A stretch of DNA of 64,000 nt from an uncultured cyanobacterium (GTDB lineage: Bacteria; Cyanobacteriota; Cyanobacteriia; Cyanobacteriales; Nostocaceae), in assembly GCA_963706595.1 (NCBI GenBank), contig OY970166.1, positions 3,488,001 through 3,552,000 of the forward strand. The letters are read 5' to 3'. Within the stretch, counting starts at the first letter, position 1, and the number at the start of each line of letters is the position of its first letter. A program made the position numbers and the translations under genes. Below, one piece after another: positions 11,201-22,979 of the stretch. Below the pieces are notes generated by a model, which had not been told where the DNA came from, ran no database searches, and saw nothing but the letters and a program-made list of their open reading frames with translations.

Positions 11201-12914
11201 GTTCGCCCAGTTCCACATTCAGCGACATCACCAACTTTTCCCGTAACGGGTCAATAGCTGGGTTAGTCACTTGTGCAAAACGCTGTTTAAAATAGTCATA
11301 CAGCAGGTGAGGTTTTTCTGACAGCACCGCTAGAGGAATATCATCCCCCATGCAGAAAGTCGCTTCTTTACCCTCAGCCGCCATTGGCTGAATCACCATT
11401 TCTACATCTTCTGTGGTGTAGCCAAAGGCTAATTGATGACGTAGTAAGGTTTGTTTATCACTTCGACTCCGCTCAGTGTTAACAATTGTGTTTGCAGGAG
11501 AATGACTCTTGCCATTACCGTTAACTGATGAAGGCTGACTAACAAGGTGTTTCAGTTCTTGACGATATTGTTTTAACCATTCCCCATAGGGATGCTGCTT
11601 GGCGATACGTTGCTTAATTTCCCAATTCTTCAGCACTTCATGATTGACTAAATCTACAGCAATCATTTGTCCTGGGCCAAGTCTGCCTTTTTCCACAATG
11701 TTGGCTTCTGGGATTTCAACTACACCAGCTTCGGAAGCCACCACAATATAATCATCTTTAGTAATGATGTAACGGGCTGGTCTTAAACCGTTACGGTCTA
11801 AGGTTGCACCAACTTTTTCCCCATCACTAAATACTAAAAGTGCTGGACCATCCCAGGATTCTTGCAGACCACTGTAATATTCGTAGAAATCAACAATTTC
11901 TGGATATTTCTGCAAAGAAGGCTGATTTTGATATGCCTCTGGCACCATCATCATTAAAGCTTCCAAGGGGCTGCGTCCAGAAAGCACCATTAATTCCAGG
12001 ACGTTATCTAAAGTCGCCGAGTCACTATTATCAATGTGAACTAAGGGCTTGAATTCATCCGCGCGATTTCCCCATACTGGATGATTTAGGCTGGCTTCTC
12101 GTGCGGTCATCCAGTTGATGTTACCCAGTAGAGTATTAATTTCACCGTTATGACCCAATAGCCGCATTGGTTGGGCTAGAGGCCACTTCGGTAGTGTATT
12201 GGTACTAAAGCGGCGATGATAAACTGCAAAAGCACTTTTGTAAGCTGGATTTTTTAAATCTAGATAAAAGTCTCCCAAAATAGCAGAACGCACCATGCCT
12301 TTATAAACAATTGTGCGACTGGACAAGGAGCAAATATAGAATTCTTCGGAGATATTTTTGGTAGCTTTGAAAATTCTTCTGCGGGTGATATATAGTTCTC
12401 TTTCTAGTTCTTCACCACTCTTATCGGCTGATGCGAGAAAAACTTGTTCTATCTGGGGTTGATTTTCTCTTGCTTGTCTCCCCAGTAAATGAGGCTGCAC
12501 TGGTACTACTCGCCAACCCAGGACAGTGAATTTTTCTTCTGCGGCTATTTGCTCAATAGTGGCTTTAGCTTTTGCGGCTATTTCGGGATTTTGGGGTAAA
12601 AATAGCATTCCTACCGCCACATTTCCAGCAATATAGTCCTTTTGGAACAACTCCCAAGGGATAGCTGTCAATATTCCTGCACCATCACCAGAATCTTGGT
12701 CAGCGCTACAACCACCCCGGTGTTCTAAGCAGGTCAAAGCAGCTAAAGATTTTGTGACAATTTCATGGCTAGCATGATTCTGGCGATGAGCAATAAAACC
12801 TACACCACAGGCATCTCGTTCTTCTACTAACCACCTTTGTCCCTGATAATTCTCCTGAGAGTGAATATCTGAATTTTTCATTGTTTGTGATTGATGCATC
12901 GCTTTATCTTTCAT
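8235..12914 (-). CDS. glsF: Ferredoxin-dependent glutamate synthase (Fd-GOGAT)
   Basis: [10 protein letters not shown]-terminal Cys, [35 protein letters not shown] 3Fe-4S motif; no gltD adjacent. Confidence 0.95.
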   Translation of the reverse strand: MKDKAMHQSQTMKNSDIHSQENYQGQRWLVEERDACGVGFIAHRQNHASHEIVTKSLAALTCLEHRGGCSADQDSGDGAGILTAIPWELFQKDYIAGNVAVGMLFLPQNPEIAAKAKATIEQIAAEEKFTVLGWRVVPVQPHLLGRQARENQPQIEQVFLASADKSGEELERELYITRRRIFKATKNISEEFYICSLSSRTIVYKGMVRSAILGDFYLDLKNPAYKSAFAVYHRRFSTNTLPKWPLAQPMRLLGHNGEINTLLGNINWMTAREASLNHPVWGNRADEFKPLVHIDNSDSATLDNVLELMVLSGRSPLEALMMMVPEAYQNQPSLQKYPEIVDFYEYYSGLQESWDGPALLVFSDGEKVGATLDRNGLRPARYIITKDDYIVVASEAGVVEIPEANIVEKGRLGPGQMIAVDLVNHEVLKNWEIKQRIAKQHPYGEWLKQYRQELKHLVSQPSSVNGNGKSHSPANTIVNTERSRSDKQTLLRHQLAFGYTTEDVEMVIQPMAAEGKEATFCMGDDIPLAVLSEKPHLLYDYFKQRFAQVTNPAIDPLREKLVMSLNVELGERGNLLEVKPEHARKLKLESPVLTETELEAIQLSGFATAQLSTLFAIANGPDGLKNAVESLQAQAAESVKAGAKILILSDLHLEGENGIGTDYTYIPPLLAAGAVHHYLIRQGLRTKTSLIVNTAQCWSTHHFACLIGYGVDAVCPYTALDTVRNWWFEPKTQSFMERGKIATLTLDEAIGNYRQAINSGLLKILSKMGISLLSSYQAAQIFEAIGIGGDLLKLGFYGTTSRIGGLSVSELAQEVLSFHSKAFPELTAKKLENLGFVQCLPKGEYHMNNPELAKALHKAVDGKQYDHYEVYKQHLQGRPVTALRDLLDFESDRSPIPLEEVESVSEILKRFCTGGMSLGALSREAHETLAIAMNRIGGKSNSGEGGEDPVRYKVLNDVDAAGKSPTLPHLHGLRNGDTASSAIKQVASGRFGVTPGYLSSARQIEIKIAQGAKPGEGGQLPGPKVSPYIAMLRRSKPGVTLISPPPHHDIYSIEDLAQLIFDLHQINPKAQVSVKLVAEIGIGTIAAGVAKANADIIQVSGHDGGTGASPLSSIKHAGSPWELGLSEVHRVLMQNGLRDRVILRVDGGLKSGWDVVIGALMGGEEFGFGSIAMIAEGCIMARICHTNNCPVGVASQKEELRKRFTGMPEHVVNFFCFIAEEVRHLLARLGYRSLLDIVGRADLLTTRADATVTKTQGLNLDCLLQLPDAKNDRSWLVHEEVHSNGAVIDDQFLADPEIQAAISNQSTVSKSLKLVNTDRTVGARLAGAIASQYGDSGFEGQINLNFQGSVGQSFGAFNLPGMILSLEGEANDYVGKGMHGGEIIIKPPADATYDPAENVIVGNTCLYGSTGGVLFANGLAGERFAVRNSKGMAVIEGAGDHCCEYMTGGVIVVLGKVGRNVGAGMTGGLAYFLDEDNSFPESVNPEIVKIQRVLTAAGAKQLQELIKTHGDRTGSPKAKMILQNWSEYLPKFWQLVPPSEADSPEANPQAVLEKQLSSV

Positions 12915-13838
12915 AGCCTGTTCCTGAGATGGTTAGTCACAAATCTTGCCAGTATTTGTGAGAAAAATTTGCTAGTCCTGAGCGTAGCCCAAGGGCTAAG
13001 GTTGGTTCCCTGAGAAATACATAAACAACAACAACCGAAATTTAGGGAAAAAAATTTTAACTTCGGATTTCTTTTCTTCTTGTTTAACCCTGTTAAAATC
13101 TGTGCAGTACTTTTTTATACCTTTAGTGGGAATGATATGTGAGACTATACCGCCCTCACAGCCCTTTTATTTATATCGTGATAGCACCACGTAGGGTTAT
13201 CCATAGCTATTTTTTTGCTCAATTCCCTCTTCCCAGATTCAGATTAGCTTTCAAATAAAACGTGTTTGGCTTACAAATAACACAACCAGCGTTTTAAAGG
13301 CCAAAATAATCCTGATTCAGGCACAAAATCAAGGTATTATACAACATGACCAGTTGAAAATCCCTAGAAATATCTGTTGTTGTATATATTCTTTATTTTT
13401 TGCTGAACATTATTATCTGTATTGCAACAACACAGACCTCACTTAAATAGCAATCATCGGTGAGGATTAGATATTCTCACTCAGTTTGAAGCACTAAAAC
13501 TACTGTGTATAGTCCAACTGAAAAAAGTGATAGTTAAAACACTTAGTAACAGTGCTTTTAGTGGTATGATTACCTTTTAAGTTTTACAAGAGATAGATAG
13601 CCAATATACAGGCTATCATATTTATTCAAAAATAAAATCACTATTTTTTAAGGTTTCCTCACAATTAGTTAACTCAGTGGTGAGACTCAAACGCGATAAA
13701 TTACGTCTATTGAAGATATTGCGTCAGAGGAAAGGAGCGTGAGCATCGGACAAAATTCAGTGGCTTTATTGCTCAGAGCCATCAAAACTTTCCTCACAGA
13801 TCCAACTACCAGTAGATTTTTTAAAAGTAGCTGTAAAA

Positions 13839-15821
13839 ATGTCAAATCGCCTCATCAGAAAACATCACAGCCCTATTACTAAAAAGGCTAAACAAAAGTT
13901 ATTCCGGTCTATAGCACCAATAATCGTGGCTATTACGATCTTATCTTTATCTGCTACCCAAGCTCCTAGCGCCCAGAAATCGCCAATTCATCCTGAAGCA
14001 ACTCCACCAGAGTTAATTGTCCAGTCACCCACCCCGAACGCCGCAGCATTAGGGAATGGTAATCAAATTACCCTCAATGGTCGTACCTTGTCAGGGGCTT
14101 GGTTGCAGCAGCGCGGAACCGACGGACAGCTAAAAACTCATCTGAGTGATGGGGCTTTTAGGCAGTTTATTGGAGTCGATTTTTTAAGCAGCAACAGTGC
14201 AGCCAAACAACCAGTAGAGTGGTTTTCGTCAGTTAATCAACCACTGATTTTAGCTACAAGACTGTTAAAAGGGTATCGCTATGTGGATATTACTAATTTT
14301 GCCCAAACAGCAGGTTGGCAATTTCAAGCCAATGGTAATATTTTAGCGATCGCAATTCCACCAGCCCAGGTCAAAAATATTCGTCAGAGTCAGCAACCTT
14401 CAGGCGTAAGTCATCCTCCTTTCAACTCGGCTCGCATCGTCTTAGATTTAGATCGCCCAGTACCTTGGCAACTTTCCCAAGGCTTACCCATAAATAGACC
14501 TGTTGACTCTGACGGACCAACCACCCAAGCAACCACACCACTCAATAGAGAGTGGGTAGTGATCTTAGAAGGCACAGCCGACCCAGCTTTAATTCAACAA
14601 TATGCGCCGCCAACTTCACTCCCACAATTACCTGCACAACCAACTCCAGAACCACTAATTACAAAATTGGAGGTAGTCAACAACCGTACACTTATTAGTC
14701 TGAGTGTGCCTTTTGGGATGTCTCCCCAGGTGATGACTTTAGCAAACCCTAACCGCTTGGTAATTGACCTTCGTGCCGATGCGCTCGTACAACGAGATAT
14801 TACTTGGGCTTCTGGATTGCGCTGGCGACAGCAATTAGTCAATTTAGGTACAGACCGTTTTCCTGTAGTTTGGTTAGATATTAATCCCCGTCAAGCTGGG
14901 TTAACTTTAAAACCCATTGGCGCAGAACCCAACAACCAAACGGGTACTGCACCACTCATTCAAATGGCACAGCAGTCTTTAGCTGTAGCCGCAATCAATG
15001 CTGGTTATTTCAACCGGAATAATAGATTACCTTTAGGGGCAATTCGGCGGGATAATCAATGGTTATCAGGGCCGATTCTTAACCGGGGAGCGATCGCTTG
15101 GAATGATTCTGGGCAATTTTACTTAGGTCGTCTCACTTTACAAGAAACTTTAGTCGCTCCTAATAATCAGCGATTACCGATTCTATTCCTCAATAGTGGC
15201 TACGTTCAGAGTGGTATGGCTCGTTATACCCCAACTTGGGGAAGTAGCTACACGCCTTTAACAGACAACGAAATTCTCCTTGTTGTCCAAAAAGACCGAG
15301 TGACAAATCAGTTACCAGGTGGAAAAGCTGGTGCAACAGCCGTTCCCATTCCCTCAGATGGCTACCTATTAACCTTACGTGCCAACGCTACTAATACTGC
15401 ATCGAAATTACCTATTGGCACAGCAGTCAGTATTACTAGCAGCACTAATTCGGCTGAATTTAACCGCTATCCCCAAATTATGGGAGCCGGACCGCTGTTG
15501 GTACAAAATAATAAAATTGTCCTTGACGCTGAAGGCGAAAAGTTCAGTAAAGCTTTTAGTACACAAAAAGCGATTCGTAGTGGCATTTGTACCACAGCAA
15601 GCGGCTCTTTAATGATTGCGGCTGTTCACAATCGGGCTGGAGGATTAGGCCCAACCTTGGCGGAACACGCCCAATTAATGAAGAATATTGGTTGCGTGAA
15701 TGCCCTCAATTTAGACGGTGGTAGTTCAACTAGTCTTTATCTGGGAGGACAACTACTCGACCGTTCCCCAAATACTGCTGCACGTGTCCACAATGGTATT
15801 GGGGTTTTCTTGCCACAGTAA
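13839..15821 (+). CDS. Phosphodiester glycosidase (NAGPA/DUF2233) family secreted protein
   Basis: AINAGYF, GAGPLLV and NLDGGSST motifs; signal-like N-terminus. Confidence 0.82.
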   Translation: MSNRLIRKHHSPITKKAKQKLFRSIAPIIVAITILSLSATQAPSAQKSPIHPEATPPELIVQSPTPNAAALGNGNQITLNGRTLSGAWLQQRGTDGQLKTHLSDGAFRQFIGVDFLSSNSAAKQPVEWFSSVNQPLILATRLLKGYRYVDITNFAQTAGWQFQANGNILAIAIPPAQVKNIRQSQQPSGVSHPPFNSARIVLDLDRPVPWQLSQGLPINRPVDSDGPTTQATTPLNREWVVILEGTADPALIQQYAPPTSLPQLPAQPTPEPLITKLEVVNNRTLISLSVPFGMSPQVMTLANPNRLVIDLRADALVQRDITWASGLRWRQQLVNLGTDRFPVVWLDINPRQAGLTLKPIGAEPNNQTGTAPLIQMAQQSLAVAAINAGYFNRNNRLPLGAIRRDNQWLSGPILNRGAIAWNDSGQFYLGRLTLQETLVAPNNQRLPILFLNSGYVQSGMARYTPTWGSSYTPLTDNEILLVVQKDRVTNQLPGGKAGATAVPIPSDGYLLTLRANATNTASKLPIGTAVSITSSTNSAEFNRYPQIMGAGPLLVQNNKIVLDAEGEKFSKAFSTQKAIRSGICTTASGSLMIAAVHNRAGGLGPTLAEHAQLMKNIGCVNALNLDGGSSTSLYLGGQLLDRSPNTAARVHNGIGVFLPQ

Positions 15822-16133
15822 TTAATTACGGAGTGGAGAGTAAAGAATTTGGGATTTTGGATTTTAGATTCCAGTTTAGTGACCAAGATCTAAAATTGAT
15901 TGACCAATGACCAATCCTTTTTAAAGTTAAGGATAAGCTGCCTGATGTTGGATGAAGACTTAGTATAGATATCCCAGTTTTAGCAGTAATTCTTTACACC
16001 TTTAAGTTTAATTTTGCTATGTTTAGCAAGGTATAACTAAATGAATGAATTTTACGGTTGTAAAATTACGCTAAATTTTTCCATTAATGTTTAAGACTAA
16101 TGACGGTTTGTTATGTCGATCAATGAGGTAACT

Positions 16134-16553
16134 ATGGCTCAACTTCAAGAAACCACACAAACTAACACTCTGCCTCTACCTGTGGCGATCGCTAATAAAG
16201 GCATTGCGGCCACGGAACTGCGTCCTTGGGGTTCTTTTACAGTCTTGGAAGAAGGGCGCGGATATAAAATCAAACGGATCGAAGTCAAGCCTGGACACCG
16301 CCTCAGTCTGCAAATGCACCATCACCGCAGCGAACACTGGATTGTTGTCTCTGGTACAGCTAGGGTCGTTTGTGGTGAGCAAGAAGTACTGTTGAGCAAC
16401 AATGAATCAACCTATGTCCCCCAATGTACGTCCCATCGTCTAGAGAATCCTGGTGTGATTCCTTTAGTCTTAATTGAAGTCCAAAATGGCGAATATTTAG
16501 GTGAGGATGATATCATTCGCTACCAAGATGACTATGCCCGGACTAAGGTTTAA
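16134..16553 (+). CDS. Mannose-6-phosphate isomerase type II-like cupin
   Basis: RPWGSF, LSLQMHHHRSEHW and EVQNGEYLGEDDIIR motifs; gaggt SD precedes the ATG at 16134. Confidence 0.88.
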   Translation: MAQLQETTQTNTLPLPVAIANKGIAATELRPWGSFTVLEEGRGYKIKRIEVKPGHRLSLQMHHHRSEHWIVVSGTARVVCGEQEVLLSNNESTYVPQCTSHRLENPGVIPLVLIEVQNGEYLGEDDIIRYQDDYARTKV

Positions 16554-16937
16554 CACCGTCATAGCGCTACTAGGGGTGTAATAATTACAAGCTCACATAC
16601 TGATTATTTCTGCAACCCATCTGAAATAAATACAGTCAAAGAAGAGGAAAGAGAGTTAAGCCGGATAATTACAAAGTAATTTCAATCCCTCCTGCTCCCA
16701 GATCCTCTGCCTCTTCTGTCCCTACCGAAATTTAGGTGGGGACTAACACTCAATAGTGATATGCTTAGGTCATAATAGTAATTTATGAATAACAGGCAGG
16801 ATTAGAAGTGACTAGTCAAGCACAGACTCATATCTAGTCCAAAAAAATCAAAAAAAGATTTTTGGTCAAGTGTGATTTTTGTACTTCACCCGTCTGTAAG
16901 ATTTAAGATGGGCTTTTTTATGGCCAAAACTAACTTT

Positions 16938-17276
16938 ATGATTCACCTGAGTCAAGCAGCCATTAGTGAAATTGGGCGATTACAGTTAAAACAGCAACCA
17001 AATGCTTTGTTGAGATTAACAATTAAGCTGGGCGGCTGTTCTGGCTGGTTCTATGATATGTCTTTTGATGAAACTGTCAAAGCTAGCGATCGCGTCTTTA
17101 ACTTAAGCGGGATTAAAGTTGTCATAGATCACGAAAGCTTGAATTATGTAAATGGGTTGGCATTGGATTATTCAGAAGATTTAATGGGTGGGGGTTTTCG
17201 CTTCCACAACCCTCAAGCGATCGCTACCTGTGGTTGTGGTAATTCTTTCTCCATTGCTACACCCAGCTCTGTTTAA
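16938..17276 (+). CDS. HesB/IscA Fe-S cluster assembly accessory protein
   Basis: GGCSG and CGCGNSF motifs; start taken at MIHLS. Confidence 0.9.
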   Translation: MIHLSQAAISEIGRLQLKQQPNALLRLTIKLGGCSGWFYDMSFDETVKASDRVFNLSGIKVVIDHESLNYVNGLALDYSEDLMGGGFRFHNPQAIATCGCGNSFSIATPSSV

Positions 17277-17295
17277 TTAAAAAAAATCTATAAGT

Positions 17296-17325
17296 TTGAC
17301 ATAAAAGCCCAAAAAAAGATATAAT
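17296..17325 (+). promoter_or_regulatory. Sigma70-type promoter of the str operon
   Basis: Perfect TTGACA-N18-TATAAT about 50 nt upstream of rpsL. Confidence 0.8.
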
Positions 17326-17375
17326 CAGGATTTGTTAAAACTTAGAACTCTAAGCAGCTTTACGCGCTGTAACTC

Positions 17376-17760
17376 ATGCCAACAATACAGCAACTCATAC
17401 GTACTGAACGCGAAAAAGCGCGTCAGAAAACGAAATCGCCAGCTCTGAAGCAATGCCCACAACGTCGGGGTGTTTGTACCAGAGTATACACAACTACACC
17501 GAAGAAGCCGAACTCGAGCTCTACGTAAAGTAGCAAGAGTCAGACTAACCTCTGGATTTGAAGTCACAGCTTACATTCCAGGTATCGGTCACAACTTACA
17601 AGAACACTCAGTAGTCATGATTCGTGGCGGTCGGGTGAAAGATTTACCAGGTGTGAGATACCACATTATCCGTGGCACCTTAGATACAGCTGGAGTCAAA
17701 GACCGCAAGCAAGGGCGTTCCAAGTATGGAACCAAGCGCCCGAAAGAAGCGAAAAAATAG
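17376..17760 (+). CDS. rpsL: 30S ribosomal protein S12 (apparent +1 frameshift near 17516, probably a sequence error)
   Basis: MPTIQQLIR...[21 protein letters not shown] in one frame and [10 protein letters not shown]...[12 protein letters not shown] in the next; removing 1 nt gives 127 aa. Confidence 0.95.
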
Positions 17761-18135
17761 GAAATAAGCGATTAATCGTAATTGCATGACGATTGAGCGT
17801 ATTTGGTGGAAAGTGCGGAGAAACCGACAAATTAGCGGCGCTGGCTGTTTATTTGAAATCTCGCTAAATCCTGGATGAAGTGGGAAAAAGTAGGTAATTT
17901 TAACCAGTATCCAACAAAGCGTAGCTCGCCAAACTAGGCATCGCAGGGGTTGCATCTAAATATTAAAATTTATGATGTTATCGCCTTCTCTGGTTGTAGT
18001 GAGCAAATTAATCGGTCAGTCTCGCTGCAACTGTAGAGAAAAAAAGACAAAGTTTGAACGGCGGTTTTCTCCGCCCATATATCCAGTGTCTGATAGCATA
18101 TAATTTCGTTGCCAAATCCGAATTAAAGGTAAAGT

Positions 18136-18606
18136 ATGTCTCGTCGTGGTGTTATTCAAAGGCGTCCAGTTCCGCCTGATTCCGTATATAACAGTCGCCT
18201 GGTAAGCATGATAATCCGGCGGGTGATGCGTCATGGCAAGAAATCACTAGCTGCAAGGCTAGTTTATGATGCCATGAAAACTATAGAAGAACGCACTGGT
18301 GCTGCTCCTTTGGAAACCTTTGAAAGAGCAGTGCGAAACGCCACACCTTTGGTGGAAGTAAAAGCTCGACGAGTTGGTGGAGCAACCTACCAAGTACCGA
18401 TGGAAGTGCGTTCAGATCGCGGTACAACTCTAGCCTTACGCTGGCTAGTAAATTTTTCCCGGTCTCGACCCGGCCGGACAATGGCAAGTAAATTAGCTAA
18501 TGAGTTAATGGATGCTGCCAACGAAACCGGAAATGCAATTCGTAAGCGGGAAGAAACACACCGGATGGCAGAAGCTAACAAAGCTTTTGCACACTATCGT
18601 TACTAA
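18136..18606 (+). CDS. rpsG: 30S ribosomal protein S7
   Basis: MSRR...[11 protein letters not shown]...[15 protein letters not shown]. Confidence 0.98.
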   Translation: MSRRGVIQRRPVPPDSVYNSRLVSMIIRRVMRHGKKSLAARLVYDAMKTIEERTGAAPLETFERAVRNATPLVEVKARRVGGATYQVPMEVRSDRGTTLALRWLVNFSRSRPGRTMASKLANELMDAANETGNAIRKREETHRMAEANKAFAHYRY

Positions 18607-18749
18607 AAAAAGCGGCGGTATATCGTGGATCTAAAGACGGTATATCGCGGACTCACAAACATAAATACGGTTTTCCGTAGAAGTATAGAATCTTAACAAA
18701 GAGTAATATACAAGATATCATGAGGCAAAAACTATAATAGGAGGCTACT

Positions 18750-20828
18750 GTGGCACGTACCATCCCGCTAGAGAGAGTACGCAATATCGGTATTGCGGCG
18801 CATATAGATGCGGGCAAGACAACGACAACCGAGAGAATATTGTTTTACTCTGGCATTATTCATAAAATTGGCGAAGTTCATGAAGGAACTGCCGTCACCG
18901 ACTGGATGGAACAAGAGCGTGAGCGGGGAATTACCATCACGGCTGCTGCAATTACTACCAGTTGGAAAGATCATCAAATTAACATTATCGATACTCCAGG
19001 ACACGTTGACTTCACAATTGAAGTAGAACGTTCCATGCGCGTGTTAGATGGCGTAATCGCAGTATTTTGTTCTGTGGGTGGCGTGCAACCGCAGTCGGAA
19101 ACAGTGTGGCGACAAGCAGACCGCTACAAAGTACCTCGCATCGCCTTCATCAACAAAATGGATCGTACAGGCGCGAACTTCTATAGAGTTCACGATCAAA
19201 TGTGCGATCGCCTGCGTGCTAATGCCATTGCCATTCAACTGCCAATTGGTAGTGAAACGGAATTTCGCGGCATCGTTGATCTGGTACGGCAACGTGCCTA
19301 TATTTATAACAACGACGAAGGAACAGATATCGAAGAAACAGATATCCCCGCCGAAATGCAAGAAAAGACGGCAGAATACCGCACCAAGCTGATTGAAGCT
19401 GTGGCAGAAACCAGCGACGCTCTGATGAATAAGTACTTCGAGGGAGAAGAACTTACAGAAGCAGAAGTTCGGACTGCCCTGCGTCAAGGTACAATTGCGG
19501 GTAAGATTGTGCCAGTACTTTGCGGATCGGCATTTAAAAACAAAGGCGTGCAGTTGATGTTGGATGCGGTAGTGGATTATCTACCAGCACCAACTGAAGT
19601 ACCAGCAATTCAAGGTACATTACCGAATGGTGAGACTGTTGAGCGCAAAGCTGATGACAATGAACCTCTATCAGCTCTAGCGTTCAAGATTATGGCTGAC
19701 CCCTACGGTCGTCTTACCTTTGTTCGTGTTTATTCTGGTGTTCTGAAAAAAGGTAGCTACGTTCTTAACGCTACCAAGAACAAAAAAGAGCGCATTTCCC
19801 GTCTGGTGATTTTAAAAGCAGATGAACGCATGGACGTGGACGAAATGCGGGCTGGCGATTTGGGAGCAGCATTGGGGCTAAAAGATACCTTGACTGGTGA
19901 TACCATCACCGATGAAGGATCACCAGTAATTCTGGAATCTCTATTCATTCCTGAGCCTGTGATCTCGGTAGCGGTTGAACCCAAAACCAAGAATGACATG
20001 GACAAGCTCTCCAAAGCTCTGCAATCTCTTTCAGAAGAAGACCCCACCTTCCGCGTTCACGTTGATCCGGAAACGAATCAAACTGTGATTGCCGGCATGG
20101 GAGAGCTACACCTGGAAATTCTGGTAGACCGGATGTTACGAGAATTCAAAGTAGAAGCGAATGTCGGTGCGCCGCAAGTAGCTTACCGCGAAACGATTCG
20201 GAAACAAGTCACCAAAATTGAAGGGAAATTCATTCGCCAAAGTGGTGGTAAAGGCCAATATGGTCACGTTGTGATCAATTTGGAACCAGGCGAACCCGGT
20301 ACGGGCTTTGAATTTGTTTCTAAGATTGTTGGCGGTACTGTACCTAAAGAGTACATTAGCCCCGCAGAACAAGGAATGAAAGAAAGTTGCGAATCTGGTG
20401 TTCTGGCTGGGTACCCATTGATTGATGTCAAAGCAACTTTGATTGATGGGTCATACCACGATGTAGACTCTTCAGAAATGGCTTTCAAAATTGCTGGCTC
20501 AATGGCAATGAAAGAGGCAGTGTTGAAAGCTTCACCCGTACTTTTAGAACCTATGATGAAAGTTGAGGTTGAAGTTCCCGAAAACTACCTTGGGGATGTA
20601 ATGGGCGACCTTAATTCCCGTCGTGGGCAAATTGAGGGTATGGGATCTGATGATGGAATTGCCAAAGTAACTGCTAAAGTCCCATTGGCAGAAATGTTTG
20701 GTTACGCTACTGATATCCGCTCGAAGACCCAAGGTCGGGGCATCTTCTCAATGGAATTTAGCCGCTACGAAGAAGTACCTCGCAACGTGGCTGAAGCAAT
20801 CATAGCGAAAAGCAAAGGGAACGCTTAA
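18750..20828 (+). CDS. fusA: Elongation factor G
   Basis: [14 protein letters not shown] and NKMD motifs; str operon position. Confidence 0.98.
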   Translation: MARTIPLERVRNIGIAAHIDAGKTTTTERILFYSGIIHKIGEVHEGTAVTDWMEQERERGITITAAAITTSWKDHQINIIDTPGHVDFTIEVERSMRVLDGVIAVFCSVGGVQPQSETVWRQADRYKVPRIAFINKMDRTGANFYRVHDQMCDRLRANAIAIQLPIGSETEFRGIVDLVRQRAYIYNNDEGTDIEETDIPAEMQEKTAEYRTKLIEAVAETSDALMNKYFEGEELTEAEVRTALRQGTIAGKIVPVLCGSAFKNKGVQLMLDAVVDYLPAPTEVPAIQGTLPNGETVERKADDNEPLSALAFKIMADPYGRLTFVRVYSGVLKKGSYVLNATKNKKERISRLVILKADERMDVDEMRAGDLGAALGLKDTLTGDTITDEGSPVILESLFIPEPVISVAVEPKTKNDMDKLSKALQSLSEEDPTFRVHVDPETNQTVIAGMGELHLEILVDRMLREFKVEANVGAPQVAYRETIRKQVTKIEGKFIRQSGGKGQYGHVVINLEPGEPGTGFEFVSKIVGGTVPKEYISPAEQGMKESCESGVLAGYPLIDVKATLIDGSYHDVDSSEMAFKIAGSMAMKEAVLKASPVLLEPMMKVEVEVPENYLGDVMGDLNSRRGQIEGMGSDDGIAKVTAKVPLAEMFGYATDIRSKTQGRGIFSMEFSRYEEVPRNVAEAIIAKSKGNA

Positions 20829-20850
20829 TTAAAAAAGGAAACGAGCATTC

Positions 20851-22080
20851 ATGGCACGCGCAAAATTTGAAAGGACTAAACCCCACGTTAATATCGGTAC
20901 AGTTGGCCACGTTGATCATGGTAAAACCACTTTAACAGCTGCTATTACCATGACTCTGGCCGCTTTGGGTCAAGCTACAGGTAAAGGCTATGACCAAATT
21001 GATAACGCCCCCGAAGAAAAAGCACGGGGTATTACCATCAATACGGCTCACGTTGAGTATGAAACCGAAGGTCGGCACTATGCTCACGTAGATTGCCCAG
21101 GACACGCTGATTATGTAAAAAACATGATCACTGGTGCGGCTCAAATGGATGGTGGTATTCTCGTAGTTTCTGCTGCTGATGGCCCCATGCCCCAAACCCG
21201 TGAACATATCCTGCTGGCAAAGCAAGTGGGTGTTCCCAGTCTAGTTGTCTTCTTGAACAAGGAAGATATGGTAGACGACGCAGAACTCCTAGAGTTGGTG
21301 GAATTGGAAGTCCGGGAGCTATTATCTAGCTACGATTTTCCTGGCGATGACATTCCCATCGTCACAGGCTCCGGTCTCAAAGCACTCGAAGCAATGACTG
21401 CTAACCCCAAAACTAAAAAGGGCGAAGATGAGTGGGTAGACAAAATCTACGCCCTCATGGAAGCAGTAGATTCTTACATTCCCACTCCTGACCGTGCTAT
21501 TGATAAGCCCTTCCTGATGGCTGTGGAAGACGTGTTCTCCATCACAGGTCGTGGTACTGTTGCTACCGGTCGGATTGAACGTGGTGTAGTAAAAGTGGGC
21601 GACAACGTGGAATTAGTGGGTATCAGAGACACTCGTAACACCACTGTCACCGGGATTGAGATGTTCAAGAAGAGTCTCGATCAAGGTATGGCTGGAGATA
21701 ACGCCGGTGTACTCCTACGCGGTATCCAGAAGGCTGATATTGAACGCGGTATGGTAATCGCCAAGCCCGGTTCCATTACTCCTCACACTCAATTTGAAGG
21801 TGAAGTGTATGTGCTGACAGAAAAAGAAGGCGGTCGCAAGACTCCATTTTTCTCTGGCTACCGTCCTCAGTTTTACGTGCGGACAACCGATGTAACTGGC
21901 ACAATCACAGCCTTTACTTCCGATGATGGTAGTGAAGCAGAAATGGTGATGCCAGGCGATCGCATCAAAATGACAGTAGAACTGATCAATGCGATCGCAA
22001 TTGAGCAAGGAATGCGCTTCGCAATTCGTGAAGGTGGCCGCACCATTGGTGCTGGTGTCGTCTCCAAAATCGTGAAGTAA
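20851..22080 (+). CDS. tuf: Elongation factor Tu
   Basis: [24 protein letters not shown] and NKED motifs. Confidence 0.98.
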   Translation: MARAKFERTKPHVNIGTVGHVDHGKTTLTAAITMTLAALGQATGKGYDQIDNAPEEKARGITINTAHVEYETEGRHYAHVDCPGHADYVKNMITGAAQMDGGILVVSAADGPMPQTREHILLAKQVGVPSLVVFLNKEDMVDDAELLELVELEVRELLSSYDFPGDDIPIVTGSGLKALEAMTANPKTKKGEDEWVDKIYALMEAVDSYIPTPDRAIDKPFLMAVEDVFSITGRGTVATGRIERGVVKVGDNVELVGIRDTRNTTVTGIEMFKKSLDQGMAGDNAGVLLRGIQKADIERGMVIAKPGSITPHTQFEGEVYVLTEKEGGRKTPFFSGYRPQFYVRTTDVTGTITAFTSDDGSEAEMVMPGDRIKMTVELINAIAIEQGMRFAIREGGRTIGAGVVSKIVK

Positions 22081-22100
22081 CACCTTTTTGTCCTATAACA

Positions 22101-22140
22101 AAGGAGCAGAGATGGTAAAATTCCTCTCTGCTCCTTTCTC
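22101..22140 (+). terminator. Stem-loop after tuf
   Basis: aaggagcagag...ctctgctcctt followed by a pyrimidine run. Confidence 0.6.
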
Positions 22141-22254
22141 TTCCGTCTGGGATTATGTAAAATTACGGTTTACAAAAATCTGGCTGCTCAGGCCAAAATC
22201 CCCAAAAATTGTCGAAACAATCACAAATATTCATCAGAACCTGGAAAATTAAAG

Positions 22255-22572
22255 ATGGCAACTCTACAGCAGCAGAAAATTAGAATTCGTTTACAGGCTT
22301 TTGACCGTCGCTTATTAGACACATCTTGCGAGAAGATTGTAGACACGGCTAACAGGACTAACGCTACAGCCATAGGACCTATTCCTTTACCGACAAAACG
22401 CAAAATCTACTGTGTGCTGCGATCGCCTCACGTAGATAAGGATGCGCGGGAACACTTTGAAACCCGCACCCATCGCCGGATTATTGACATTTATCAGCCT
22501 TCTTCTAAAACTATTGATGCCCTGATGAAACTAGATTTACCCTCTGGTGTGGACATTGAAGTAAAACTATAA
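22255..22572 (+). CDS. rpsJ: 30S ribosomal protein S10
   Basis: [17 protein letters not shown] and RSPHVDK motifs. Confidence 0.98.
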   Translation: MATLQQQKIRIRLQAFDRRLLDTSCEKIVDTANRTNATAIGPIPLPTKRKIYCVLRSPHVDKDAREHFETRTHRRIIDIYQPSSKTIDALMKLDLPSGVDIEVKL

Positions 22573-22576
22573 TTTA

Positions 22577-22812
22577 GTCATTGGTTATTAGTCAATCAAT
22601 TTTGGATTGACGATTTTGGATTTTGGATTTACTCCACCCTAAAATGGATAGCTCTGAGGATTTTAGATTGGCGTTAGCGAAGCGTAAGCAGCGCCGCGAG
22701 TATTTTGGATTAATTCCGCCCTGAAGAGGCGGGGCTTGTACCTAAAATTCGCAATCCAAAATCTAAAATCCAAAATCTAAAATTTTTCGGTCATTAGTCC
22801 TTGGTCATTAAC
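22577..22812. repeat. Composite repeat: ATTTTGG/CCAAAAT heptamer arrays in inverted orientation, internal hairpins, flanked by CATTAGT STRR
   Basis: (gattttg)n at 22598-22630 and (aatccaa/aatctaa)n at 22753-22785; hairpin ccgccctgaagaggcgg. Confidence 0.7.
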
Positions 22813-22818
22813 ACTAAT

Positions 22819-22846
22819 GTAGAGACACGATTAATCGCTTCTCTAC
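22819..22846. repeat. GTAG-type REP palindrome
   Basis: gtagagacacgattaatcgcttctctac; related copies at 38887, 42630 and 58996. Confidence 0.7.
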
Positions 22847-22944
22847 TAATGACCCGCGCATTCGCTCCACTTTTGATGAAAACATCACTGTCGCTTGTTT
22901 TCAGGGCTGGAGGATGCGTTAAATTCATTGCTATGAATATTTAC

Positions 22945-22979
22945 CCAGCCCTGAAAAAATTTATCTCAGGGCTTTTTAT
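22945..22979 (+). terminator. Rho-independent terminator (with a possible antiterminator upstream)
   Basis: agccctga-loop-tcagggct followed by a T-rich tail. Confidence 0.6.

Noticed and set aside
17376..17760. rpsL (also rne, rnhB, sphR, porin, cofH, psb27) as true pseudogenes or programmed frameshifts
   Set aside because: The genes are essential or conserved and otherwise intact, there are no slippery sequences, and the indels fall on recurring short motifs. Sequencing error is more parsimonious.
18768..22067. Many antisense or alternate-frame ORFs within fusA and tuf (also in glsF, dxr and the porin)
   Set aside because: Shadow ORFs caused by the codon bias of real genes.
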